Below, in pieces: positions 46,742 to 60,244 of a stretch of 64,000 nucleotides of DNA. How positions within the stretch are numbered: the first letter of the stretch is position 1; each line of letters begins with the position of its first letter. A model generated the notes under the pieces. That model searched no databases. It saw only the letters and a program-made list of their open reading frames with translations, and was not told the DNA's origin. Source of the DNA: Fimicolochytrium jonesii. Taxonomy: Eukaryota. The translations under genes were made by a program, and so were the position numbers. The stretch lies in the NCBI RefSeq assembly GCF_025526975.1, contig NW_026515674.1:806001-870000 (forward strand). The letters are read 5' to 3'.

Positions 46742-49588
46742 CTACTTGATCTCGGCGCCCTTGATACTCTTCCCCCTCACGACGCCCTTGCTCGTCCTAA
46801 ACACCCTGCCCTCCCACCCGGCCTCCAGGTCGTCGCTGACCCTGAACCCCGGCTGCACGGCCTCCCACACCTTCTTCTTCGGGTTCAGCACCGCCTCGGG
46901 CGGCTCGGTGCCGTCGGTGAGGGTGTCGAAGTAGACTTTGTCGCCCGGGGTGGAATCCGCGGGCGGGATGAGGAATTCGACTTGTGTGTGGTCCGCGGAC
47001 GAGGCGCAGAGGACCATGCCGTAGGATTTTATGCCGCGCATGCTAATTCAAGACATCCCAAAAAAGTCAATAACAGATCTGCCAAACACCATATGGATCT
47101 GTGTCGCCATTTACCTGATAGGCTTCAAATTCTTCAACACAAGCACCATCGCGCCCTTGACCTCCTCCATCGGGATAAACTTCACAAGCCCCGAAATGAT
47201 CTCCCTCGGTTTCTCCTCCCCGACATCGATCTGCTCAACGTACAACGAATCAGCGTCCGGGTGTCGTTTGACGTCGACGATCTTGCCGACTACAATGTCT
47301 AATTTCGAGAGGAGGGTTGCGGGGGAGGTGGAACCTTCCGCGGGCGTGGACGAGACGGGTTTCTCCTTCTTGGGCTTGGATTGTTTTTCGGGGGCGGGGA
47401 ATTTGTCGTCGTTGGGGAGGGCGGTGACTGGTTTCGCGATGTTTTTCTCGGTGGCGGTGGTTACGGCGTCGTCGATGTTGTCGCCGTAGACGTTCTTGAC
47501 GGTGTACATTTTGCTGATCTTGGTGGGGTCGATGGAGATGGTGTCCGAGTAGACCGGTTTCACTTTGTACATCTTTGATGTACCCGAGCCGGCGCCCGCG
47601 GAGGCTTTTTTCTCTTTTTTGGCTTCACGGGCTTGTTTGCGTTCACGACCGCCTTTCGATTCAGTACCAGTGGCGGCACCGGCGGCGGTAGTGGTTGCAG
47701 TAGCGTCTTTCGGCTCGGATGCTTTGGAGACCATCGACGCTGTTCGACCGTCGGGAATCGCGATGAGGTGGATCGGTTCGTCGGGTTTGGATGCGTCGTA
47801 GGGGACGTCGCAGATGTAGTAGCCGCGGCGCTCGAGCTGGAGGGTCTCGCCCTTCTTGAGGTGGCGGAGGTTAGCGTCGCCGAGGACGTTTGTCTTGAAC
47901 TCCGACACGGGCGTGACGAACTGGGAGACCTCGTCGTCGGCCTCGAGCTTTTTCTTGGTGATCAGGTAGTCGTAGTCAAAGAGGGTGGCTTTCACGGGCG
48001 TGGAGTCCTCGCCGCCTTGTGCGCGGGAGAGCCAGGTGAGTTTCTTCTTGGTGAGCTTAAAGTCTCCCTGGAGGTTGAGTTTGATGTCGACCTGGGTGAT
48101 GTGGGATTTGTCGCCGGACCAGCGCACGGCGTCGATGAAGACGTTGCCCCAGTCCATGAAGGTGACTTCCTCGCCGACAACGAGCTCCTTGGCGTCGTCA
48201 AAGTCGAGGTAGAGCTCGCCGGAGAAGGTGGTGATCTTTTCGCCGACGTCGGGGTTCTTTTTGTGCTTGGGCATCTTCTTGGTCGTTGTGGGGACGTCCT
48301 CGCCCACGACTTTGACGGGGGTAATTTTGTCCAGGTTGAGGGCAGTGTGACGCGGGGAGATGGGGTCGATGACCTTCTTGTTCAGGGCCCAGATCTTGTC
48401 CCACTCCAACTCCAGGTTCTTCTGCGACGCGCCCTGCATGAGGATGTACTGCCTCAGGGCCTCGATGGTCATACCACGACGACGGATTCCGCGGACGGTG
48501 GGGAAGCGCGGGTCGTCCCAGCCCGTCACCACGCCCTCGTTGACGAACCAGGTCAGCTTCCTCTTGGACAGGAGGGTGTAAACAAAGTTCAAACGACTGA
48601 AATCCCATATATGGACCTGGCGGAGGTTGAGCGCTTTGAGTACCCACTCGTATTGCGGGTTCCGGTCCCTGTACTCGTTCGTACGAAGCGCGTGGGTGAC
48701 GCCCTCAATGGAGTCGACGACGGGGCAGGCGAAATCGTAGATGGGGTAGATCTTCCACTTTCGGCCAGTGCGGTGGTGAGGGTCCTCGACATTACACCTG
48801 TAGAGAGCAGGGTCGCGCAGGGCCTTGTTCTTGTTCTTGTAGTCGATCTTTGCCCGAAGCACGCAGGTGAGACCAAACTCGGTGCCGTTCTTCATCTCGT
48901 CGAAGCGACGCAGGTTCTCCTCGACCGACTGGTTGCGGCACTTTGACTCGATACCCTCCATCCGCTCAGTCCGCATGGTGGTCACATCTGTGTCATCCAC
49001 ATACGCTTTTCCCTCCTGGATCAACTGCAAGGCGTAGTTGTAGAGAAGGTCGAAGCTGTCGGAGGTGTAGGTGATCTTGTCGGGCTTGATGCCCAGCAGG
49101 GTGAGATCCTCCTTGATGGACTCCTCGAACTCTGTCTTTTCCTTAGAGGGGTTGGTGTCGTCGAATCGCACGATAAGCTGACCGTCGTAAAGACGGGCAA
49201 AGTAGTCGTTGAGGAGCGCTGCTTTGGCGTGACCAATGTGCAAGTAACCCGAAGGCTCTGGCGGGAAACGAGTGACGACCTTTCCATGCTCGACATCTTT
49301 GAGACCAATGTCGAACGAGCCCTGGTCTTTTGCTTTGACAGCATTTCCCTTTGGAGGTGCGGACATGATAGTACGTTTGTCGATGGTTGTTGTGGGAAAG
49401 ACAAGTTCGCCGAGCGCAAACAAGGTGCGGTGTGACAAGTGTGTGGTGGCAGGAGACTGAGCCAAGACTCGGGCGGTCGAGTGCAAGCGAGTGAATGGAG
49501 CTTGGGAGACGAGAGTGGTGGTGCTGGTGGCAGCGGTGAGAGAGCGACGAGTATATACAGCGGCAGCGTCTCTTGTGAGGAGGAGCAT
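46742..49588 (-). CDS. GUS1: Cytoplasmic-type glutamyl-tRNA synthetase with C-terminal EMAPII/Arc1p-like tRNA-binding domain; intron 47043-47114; alternative starts at 49588 and 49366
   Basis: TRFPPEPSGYLHIGHAKA (HIGH), RFDDTNP, LLSKRKL, GWDDPRFPTVRG, LQLERRGYY; C-terminal LDIVVGKIVDVKRHPDADSLYVEQIDVGEEKPREIISGL...NLKPIS|MRGIKSYGMVLCA. Confidence 0.96.
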
Positions 49589-49710
49589 GCAGCGCTCTGC
49601 AGGGGGGGGGATTGCTGGCAAAGGGGGGTGGTTGTTGTTGTTCCCACGGGCGACGGGCGTCCTTCCGCCGACTCCCTCTGAGAGAGAGGGCGCGAGTGGC
49701 ACAGTCCCCT

Positions 49711-49773
49711 TGACTCACGCTGACTCACGCTGACTCACTCTGACTCACTCTGACTCACGCTGCCAGTGACTCA
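49711..49773. promoter_or_regulatory. Array of six TGACTCA (Gcn4/Cpc1/AP-1 type) sites, five at an exact 10-bp period
   Basis: tgactcacgc tgactcacgc tgactcactc tgactcactc tgactcacgc tgccag tgactca, in the divergent promoter between GluRS and the kinase. Confidence 0.8.
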
Positions 49774-50097
49774 TCTCCGCCAAGTGGCTCCCCCCCCCCC
49801 CCATGTTCCCACTCCTGCTGTGCCCGAAGCAATAGGCAAGCAATAGGCAGGGAACGAGGGCGTCCCAGAAGCACTGGCCCATGGGGAGTTAAGACGTTAA
49901 GCATACCTATAAACATCGGAAGACGACAGCATTGGGTGTTCAGCGACAGAAGAGGCTCCTTCCTGTGACTCTCTCTCTGTTCGGGAAGCAACATCATACA
50001 ACAATCCTCCGCGTTCCTTGCCATCTTGACTTGGCCCCGAGGGCTGTTGGACAAGGACGACCCCCCAGTGTACTAGTTTGGAGAAGACTTAAGAAAG

Positions 50098-53000
50098 ATG
50101 AACCTATTGTCGAAAGCAGTGGGACCCAACGGGTATCGCCCAGGTGGTGCCGCCGTCGCCCAGCAACAGCAGCAATATCCTCAGTCGCAGCACCACTCGC
50201 ATAACGACCACCCATCTCACCGAAGAACATCCTCAACGGCAGGTCAAGCGGCTCCCGGGCCACCAGGTGTGTCAGAGTACCCATGGGGTACATCACTGGA
50301 GGAGAGCTCTGCCCGTTCTAATCGATCCATCAATGAAATAGGGACATACAACCCAGGCACGATATTATCAGTCAACGGCACGAACGTTCTTGTAGAGCGA
50401 TTTCTAGCGCAAGGCGGGTTTGCACACGTGTATGTCGTATCGGCGACGGGGAGCAATGGGGAATCACAGACGGCCGTCCTGAAAAGGGTCGCGTGCCCTG
50501 ATGCGGACGCGTTGAAGGATGCCGAGCATGAGATTTCGTTTATGGTGCGTGGAGTTTGGAAGTTTGGACGAACCCCTTACGCGAGCGAGCGAAGCGAGCG
50601 GCGCCGCAGGCGCATTACGTTTGAGCCACAGTGAACGGTCGTTGTTACCGTGAGGTGAGGCCGCCCTTGGCCCCTTTTCGGTGAGCGACAGGCGAACGAT
50701 CGTTTTTACCGAACTTATCGTTCTTACGGTCGCTCTTATCGTACGGGCAAATGCAAGTGGAAGTCTCGGTAAATGTAACTTACCCTACCCTCCAAATCCC
50801 CCCACAGCGCCAACTAAAAGGCCACAAAAACATCGTAACCTACCTCGACTCCTCCGTCCAAAAACTGCGCACGGGTATCTACGAAGTCTTCATCCTCATG
50901 GAACACTGCCGCGGTGGGCACCTCGTCGACTTCCTCAACACACGCCTTACAACCCGTCTCAGCGAACCCGAAGTCCTCCATATCTTCTCCGACATATGCG
51001 AGGGCGTCGCGCACATGCACTACCTCTCCCCACCCATCATCCACCGCGACATCAAGGTCGAGAACGTGCTTATTGCGGATAACAACGTGCATAAGTTGTG
51101 TGACTTTGGGTCCGCGACGATAAGGAGGATCGAGCCTGGGACGTCGATGGGGGCGCAGGAGATTAGGCTGTTGGAGGAGGAGGTGGGGAAGTATACCACG
51201 TTGCAGTATCGGTCCCCGGAGCTGTGTGATTTGTATCAGAAGAAGGGGATGACGGAGAAGATGGATATGTGGGTGCGTACGGAAACTGTTTTGAAGAAAA
51301 CTGAAGCGACGTCGGGAATTCTGATGCTGGATTCGTCTCTAGGCACTAGGCGTCCTGCTGTACAAGCTGTGTTTCTTTGTAAGTATTCGTTCATCCCCTG
51401 CTGAAATCGCGGGGACAACGAATCCCACATCGCTCGACACCCATCTGACACCTCCCTCTCGGAACAGACAACGCCCTTCGAAGACAGCGGCGCTCTCGCG
51501 ATCCTCAATGTGCGCTACACCATGCCAACGCACCCGGCCTACTCGCGCAATCTCCTAGCAATAATCGGTGCGTTCCTGCTAGCTTTCAAAACCCCCCCTT
51601 TTTTTTTCGGGCACCGCGAGAGATTCTGACTTTTACGGTTCCTTGCGTTTTTCAGAATCGATGCTGGTAGCAGACGTCCACGCCCGCGCAAACATCTACC
51701 AGGTGTTTTCGGCTGTGTGTAGACTGAGAGGCGTTCCTTGCCTTTTACCAAACGTAAGGGAAAGGGTTTTCTATTTGGATGTTAAAAAAAAACATCAACA
51801 CTCATTTCTATTCCCGCCTTTTCTCTACCCATCTAGATCTACCCAACCCCCTCCCCAATCCCAGTCCCGACACCAGCACCCGCACCCATCGTCCCCACCC
51901 CGAATTTCCCGCAACAACAACCACCGTTCTCGCAAGACCCTTCCCAAATCAACATCACCACAAACCTCCTCCCCGACCCGACCACCGCAGCCATCCCCTC
52001 CCCAATGCGCCGCGGCCGGCCCCCAAAACACTCCAAAACATCCTCCACCGCCAGCGCCGGCAGTTTCGACACCTCACAACTACCCGACGCTGTCCACAGC
52101 CCACATAACCCCTTCACAACCACCACCACGGCTTCGCGCCCGGGGAGTGGAGGCAGTGGCGGGTTTAGCAATACGCCGAATAACCGGTTTACGGCCCCGC
52201 CGGGGTTTTTCAAGGAGGCTGAGGTGGGGTTTGGAGGGCAGGGAGGGAACAGATTGACGGCACCCCCGGCGTTTCTGGATGCGGCGGCGGGGGTCGTTGC
52301 GGGGTTTGCGGGGGGTGAAGGGGTCGATGGGAGACGGCAGAGTGGGGTGCCGTCGTCGTCGTCGGAGGCGAGTTTGGTTGATGTCGGTGGTGCGGGGGGG
52401 TTTGGGCAGACGGCCGGGTTTGGGTCGTTTTCGACGTTTCCGGCCCAGTTTGATCCCGTGGCGTCGTCGTCGCCGGGGTTGGTGCCACAACAGCAGCAAT
52501 TCACACAACAGCAACAGCCGCCATCGCCATTCGACCCCTTCGACCCCTTCGCCCCGCAACCCCACCCACAGATCCGCCGCGACTCCCACCGGTCCATCGC
52601 AGACCTCAAACTCGCCCTCTCGTCGGGTCTGCCCCCGCCCCAACCACACTCCCTCCAACCGCACCCAATAAACACCCAACCCCAACCCCAAACGCAATCC
52701 CACCCCTTCACGAAATCAACCAGCGAAATGCGTCTCAACAACATCGACGCTGGCCCCCGACTCCATGGCCATTCGCGGAATAAATCGTGGGCGCAGCCGC
52801 GGTCGCCTGTGGGTATCAACACCACCAACATCACTCCGGGGATGGGCACAGCGCCGTATTTTACGCCCGTGGGAAGACACCCGCACTCGCATTCGGTGGA
52901 GCATTCGAGGCATGCGAGTAGGGATTCGTTTGAGAGTTCGGTGTCGTCTTTGGGTGCGGGTGCGGGTGCGGGTGGGGTGATGATGATGCAAGGGCAGGAG

Positions 53001-53519
53001 GCGACGACGTCCCCGCATGTAGCGGATCTGGTGCGGCACTTCCAGCAGAGTGCATCGTTGATAGACGACTCCAGTCCGATGTCGGCAGCGGGATTACGCA
53101 AGCATTCCGTGTCGGGGATGATGTTTCCACCAGGTGGTTTCTCCCAACAGCAACAGCAGCAGCAGCTCCAACCACCCCTCAAACCCCCGCGCCCACTAGG
53201 CCTCCCCCTCAACTCCCCGCTCGCGCCCGCGCCCGTACCGCTCCCGAGCCCGATGACCCCGTTACCGCCGACGGCGTACCCGAGTGCGCATGATCCGTTT
53301 TTCCCGGCTTCTGCGAATTGGATGGCTGCACAGGGTATGCAGGGGGGCGACGCGAATGTGTTTGGGACGAGTGCGGGGATGAGTCCGCTTGTGCCTTTGC
53401 AGCAGCGGCAGGGTGGGGTGGGGCAGCAGGGGTTGGGACAACATCAGCAGCAGGCGTCGTCGAGGTCGGTGTTGGATTCGAAGGGCGATGATTTTCTGAG
53501 GGGGTTGATGGAGCGGTGA
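50098..53519 (+). CDS. Ark1/Prk1/AAK1 (NAK family) Ser/Thr kinase; multi-exon
   Basis: FLAQGGFAHVYVV, AVLKRV, LMEHCRGGHLVDFLNTRLTTRLSEPEVL, PPIIHRDIKVENVL, KLCDFGSAT, YTTLQYRSPE; the tail begins MRRGRP and has DPF/NPF motifs. Confidence 0.93.
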
Positions 53520-53623
53520 TGTTTTTCGTGAGCGAATGCCGAGGGGAGAGTCGGACGGTTTTTGTGGGGTAGAACTCAGACAACCAGCAGCCCTCTCCCG
53601 CCCCCAACCAAACCCCCCATCTT

Positions 53624-54859
53624 TCACACAACTTCCGCATCCACCTCGCGGTCGGCAGGATCGTCATCGGCATCGGCATCATCCCACCCAACAACGCGAC
53701 CAACCCCGCGAAACGAATGCAAGCTCGTGTTGTTGAACACCTCCGGATGCAACTTCCACCTCCCCACGGCCCGCTCAACGACGTTGGCGTCCTCGACGGC
53801 CGCGAGGAGGTACCGGGTGCCCTTCTTGCCCGTCTTCACTTCGCCATCCTTCACCGACGTTCTTGATGATCGTTTAGTGGAGTGACCACCACCACCACCC
53901 GAGGCCGTGGAGGATAGGAGGGTCGAATACGTCGCGAAACTGTTCCCGATGATCACGACCCCCGGCAGCGTGGACCAGTTGGATCGCAGGACGGCGTCGT
54001 AGAGCGTGTGGCCGCAGTGCGGCATGTAGAAGAGGGTTGGGCGGGTTGTGGGGCGGGCGCCGCGCTGTTTTTGTATATAACAACATTGAGGACGTGTTAG
54101 GCGGGCAATAGAGACAGTTTGGCGGATGAGTGTAGGAAAAAAAAAAGAGGGACGCACACCTCGTTTGTGGGGATGATGAGACACTTGTAGTGACCTGCGA
54201 CGGCTTTGTCGAGGTCGGTGAAGACGGGGTCGAAGAGTTCGGGGGGTGTAAACACATCCTAACACGATCGGGGTCAGTGCCCCACAACAACCAGACCCAT
54301 ACTCTACCTCACACACACATTACCTCCATCCCCTCCCAAACGCACAACAGCAACGCAAACTGCCACACCGACGCCCGCGACGACCCGAACGAGCCCAGGC
54401 CGTAGCTTACACAATCCATCGTTCCCATATCGGTCCTGATCCCGGCGATCACTTCCCGAAGGTCTCCTGTAACGGTGGGGGATATGTTATGACGGGGCCT
54501 GTGATGGTACGGAAACGGAACTTACGCAGCAGGTCCTGAACGAAGGGCGTCGGACGTAATGCGGTCCTGCAAAAACAACACCCGTAGTCAGCCGTCCCTT
54601 TCTTTCCGAGTACGCTCCCACATAACCCTCCCGCCCCGCAAATGAAAGACCGACGCCCTTACATGCACCGCTCGACATCCCCAACCACGCTCGCGACGCT
54701 CTTCTCCTTGCCCGCTGCGACATTCCCGTGGGGATTCCGACGGTACGCGAACCCCGGTGTTGCGGGTTGGGGAGGGTTTTTGGGCTGGGTGGGTGTAGGC
54801 CGCTGGAGGGATTTCCGGCGACGGACACGGGAGACGAGTTGGAAGCCGTCGTCTTCCAT
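53624..54859 (-). CDS. SRR1-domain protein (SRR1-like/Ber1); multi-exon
   Basis: MDCVSYGLGSFGSS, YDPVFT, TLFYMPHC, NW...IIGNSF and VFNNTSLH motifs; N-terminus MEDDGFQLVSRVRRRK. Confidence 0.88.
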
Positions 54860-55296
54860 TGTGGGGGTGGGGAGGTAGCTCAGCGGGTGAGGACGGGCTG
54901 GGTGGGATGCTATAGATACAATTGCCGAATTTGCAGTGGGGGATAAGAAGTGGGATGTTCCCAACGCGCCTCCCTCGCTTTCAACGCTTGTATGAAATTC
55001 CGACTCTGTCCATACCGGATGTGCGCCCTTTTTTTGTTCCATATATTCGGAAACTGAAGAATGACATTTGTTGTTTGAGGGTTCCTGAAATGAAGTAGTC
55101 TGTACAGAGTGTGTTATACTGAAGCGGCGAGAAAGGAGGTGTTTTCTATAAAACGTCTCGAAGACGTCGAATTGGATGCCAAATGTGTCGGTCGGCCTGT
55201 CTAGCGTTCCCCCCACGTTGTTGTTCTCGGCAGAGAGAGCGTACCAAAAAAGAACCAAAAAATTGCAAGCCGGGTATGCCCCACTTCCATTCCCCG

Positions 55297-56487
55297 TCAA
55301 CAAATCCACTCCTTCATCCTCCTCACCGGCGTCGCCGCCCCGGGCCTCGCTCCACTCCTAGCACTCGCTGGCCTCCCTTTGTTCCCTGCGCTCGCGGGCC
55401 GTCTCACCCCACTCCCCGGCCGTCTGATCGCACTTGCCGGCCTCCCACTCGGATTCCTCGCCCTCCAATACTCCAACCTCCCCTCCATGTAGTGCCTCCC
55501 ATCATCCACGATCGCCGCCAAGGCTCCGTCGGCTGCCGTCATGAGCAACGGGTCGGCGGCGAGGGACGCGAGGAAGGCGTGGTCGTCGTAGAGTTCTTCT
55601 AGGAGGTTTCGCTCGATGGTTTCACGGGGTAGGGTGGATGCGCTGGTTGGGCGCGTGCGGTGGTGGGCGGAGGAAGGGCGGGAGGCGGTCGAGGGGCGAA
55701 TACGGGTCGCGGCGAGGGTTGTTGAGGGTGTTCGGGTCAATGTCGTTGGAGGTGACGGGGCATCAAACACATTCCGTGCGCTGAGATTCTTCCCAACTGC
55801 GCCGGGGTGATGCACCGCTCTCTTCTTCTTCTTCCCCGCCCCCGCCGCCGCCTCCTCCGCCGCCGCCGCACTCACAAGCGCCATCCTCCGTTGCGCCTTC
55901 AACCGCTCCGCATCGATCCCGCCCACGGCCGCCGTAATCGCCTGCGTAGCCCTCACAACCCCCTGTCGGAACTCCTCCACATCCGGCCGACACCCTCCGC
56001 CGCGATGATACCACACCAACGCGTCCTCGAAATCGCCGCGGGCAAACAACGCGTCCGCTTTCGATGCCAGCGCGCGCGCGTTGTCCGGGTCGGATTTCAG
56101 CGCGAGGTTGGCGTCGGAGAGGGCGCCGTCGTTGTCGCCGGCGAGGATGAGACAGCGTGCGCGGGAGGACAAGGCGTGTGCGTGCGTGGGCAGGAGCTCG
56201 AGGGCGCGGGTGTAGAGGGAGGTGGCGGCGGTGTAGTGGGATTGTTTGGTGAGGCGGTCGGCTTCGGCGAGGAGGGCGGGAAAGACGGTGGCTAGTTGGG
56301 TGGGGAGGGGGGTGGATGACGTTTCTTTTGACGCTTTTGTGGTGTTGGGATTTTGCCCGGTGTTGCTGGGAGGGAGGTTGGGGGGTTCGGGTTTGCGGGA
56401 GGGTGGTTCTTTGGAGGGAGTGGTGGCGGCATGGCGCCGCGGATTGGCGGAGAGAACCCGGCGGGTGGGACTGTGCGGTCCCGCCAT
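55297..56487 (-). CDS. TTC25/ODAD4-like TPR protein (N-terminal half only)
   Basis: TPRs with GDFEDALVWYHRG...RPDVEEFRQGV...AITAAVG and LLEELYDDHAFL...YMEGRLEYWRARNP, matching conserved TTC25 blocks. Confidence 0.8.
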   Translation of the reverse strand: MAGPHSPTRRVLSANPRRHAATTPSKEPPSRKPEPPNLPPSNTGQNPNTTKASKETSSTPLPTQLATVFPALLAEADRLTKQSHYTAATSLYTRALELLPTHAHALSSRARCLILAGDNDGALSDANLALKSDPDNARALASKADALFARGDFEDALVWYHRGGGCRPDVEEFRQGVVRATQAITAAVGGIDAERLKAQRRMALVSAAAAEEAAAGAGKKKKRAVHHPGAVGKNLSARNVFDAPSPPTTLTRTPSTTLAATRIRPSTASRPSSAHHRTRPTSASTLPRETIERNLLEELYDDHAFLASLAADPLLMTAADGALAAIVDDGRHYMEGRLEYWRARNPSGRPASAIRRPGSGVRRPASAGNKGRPASARSGARPGAATPVRRMKEWIC

Positions 56488-57286
56488 GTCTTCTTTCTCT
56501 ATCTAGCACTGCTATGCTGCTGCTGTGTGGGTGAATCGTCGGTGTTGGTTGTTGGAAGCCGATGGTGAGGGTGTGCGTGTTCCGGGGATCGTGGGACGTG
56601 TAAGGTTCGTGTCAATGACCGACGGGCCTATTTATAGCAGGCGTAGGAATGACAGCAACGACAGACTCGCGCACACACAAGCGAATGCCAACTTGCCAGT
56701 GTGCGTACTGCCCGGGGTGCTGAGCGGGCGTTGAGCAAGAGGAGGTCACAGCTTCGCCAAATCGTCAACCCATCTTGGTTCTGGGGAGTTGAACACCTTG
56801 CCGCTCGCAACACGCGCTGTCGAACGTGGCTTTCACAGGCGGAGTTTTCCAACAAGGATAGCCAACCATCAAACCAAATCGAACAGGAAACCAGAGGCAT
56901 TTGGAAAGAAAGGGAAGTTACATGCTCCTAACAAGGGCCCTCAACCGATGATGCAGACGCCTATAAACAGAGTGTGCGCTTTCCATTCGTGAAGGATGAA
57001 TCCCTTTTCATCATGGGAGGCGTCCCGCAAGGAGGCGTGCAACGGTGTGATCCCTACACGCAGAGTCATCATCGAGACTTTTCGCAGCCCGTTGCCAAAC
57101 GCGGTGAAAAATCTCTGCCGGACGCAGAGAAGAAAGCAGGGGGTATACAGCTCTTTTCTATATATATATATGCATATGTACAAGAATGCGCGATGTGAAA
57201 ACACGACTGAGGTGGGTGGACGAAGCGGCCGCGACCCTAGATAATGAACTCCGATGAATTGGGGCATAGTGGGAGGGTTATGTGCC

Positions 57287-57311
57287 GGGGGGGGGGGGGG
57301 GGGGGGGGGGG
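57287..57311. repeat. Poly-G tract (G25)
   Basis: Homopolymer about 25 bp past the predicted WC-1-like stop codon (poly-C on the mRNA strand). Confidence 0.9.
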
Positions 57312-57336
57312 TTCCAACGGAGTCCACGAGGGCGAT

Positions 57337-60244
<2,908 letters not shown>

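Noticed and set aside
47633..48946. 437-aa plus-strand ORF
   Set aside because: Antisense shadow of GluRS caused by codon bias; no independent motifs.
49711..49773. CRISPR-like array
   Set aside because: 10-bp head-to-tail units with no spacers, no cas genes and a eukaryotic context; it is a minisatellite or binding-site array.
51839..53212. 457-aa minus-strand ORF
   Set aside because: Antisense shadow of the kinase's low-complexity last exon.
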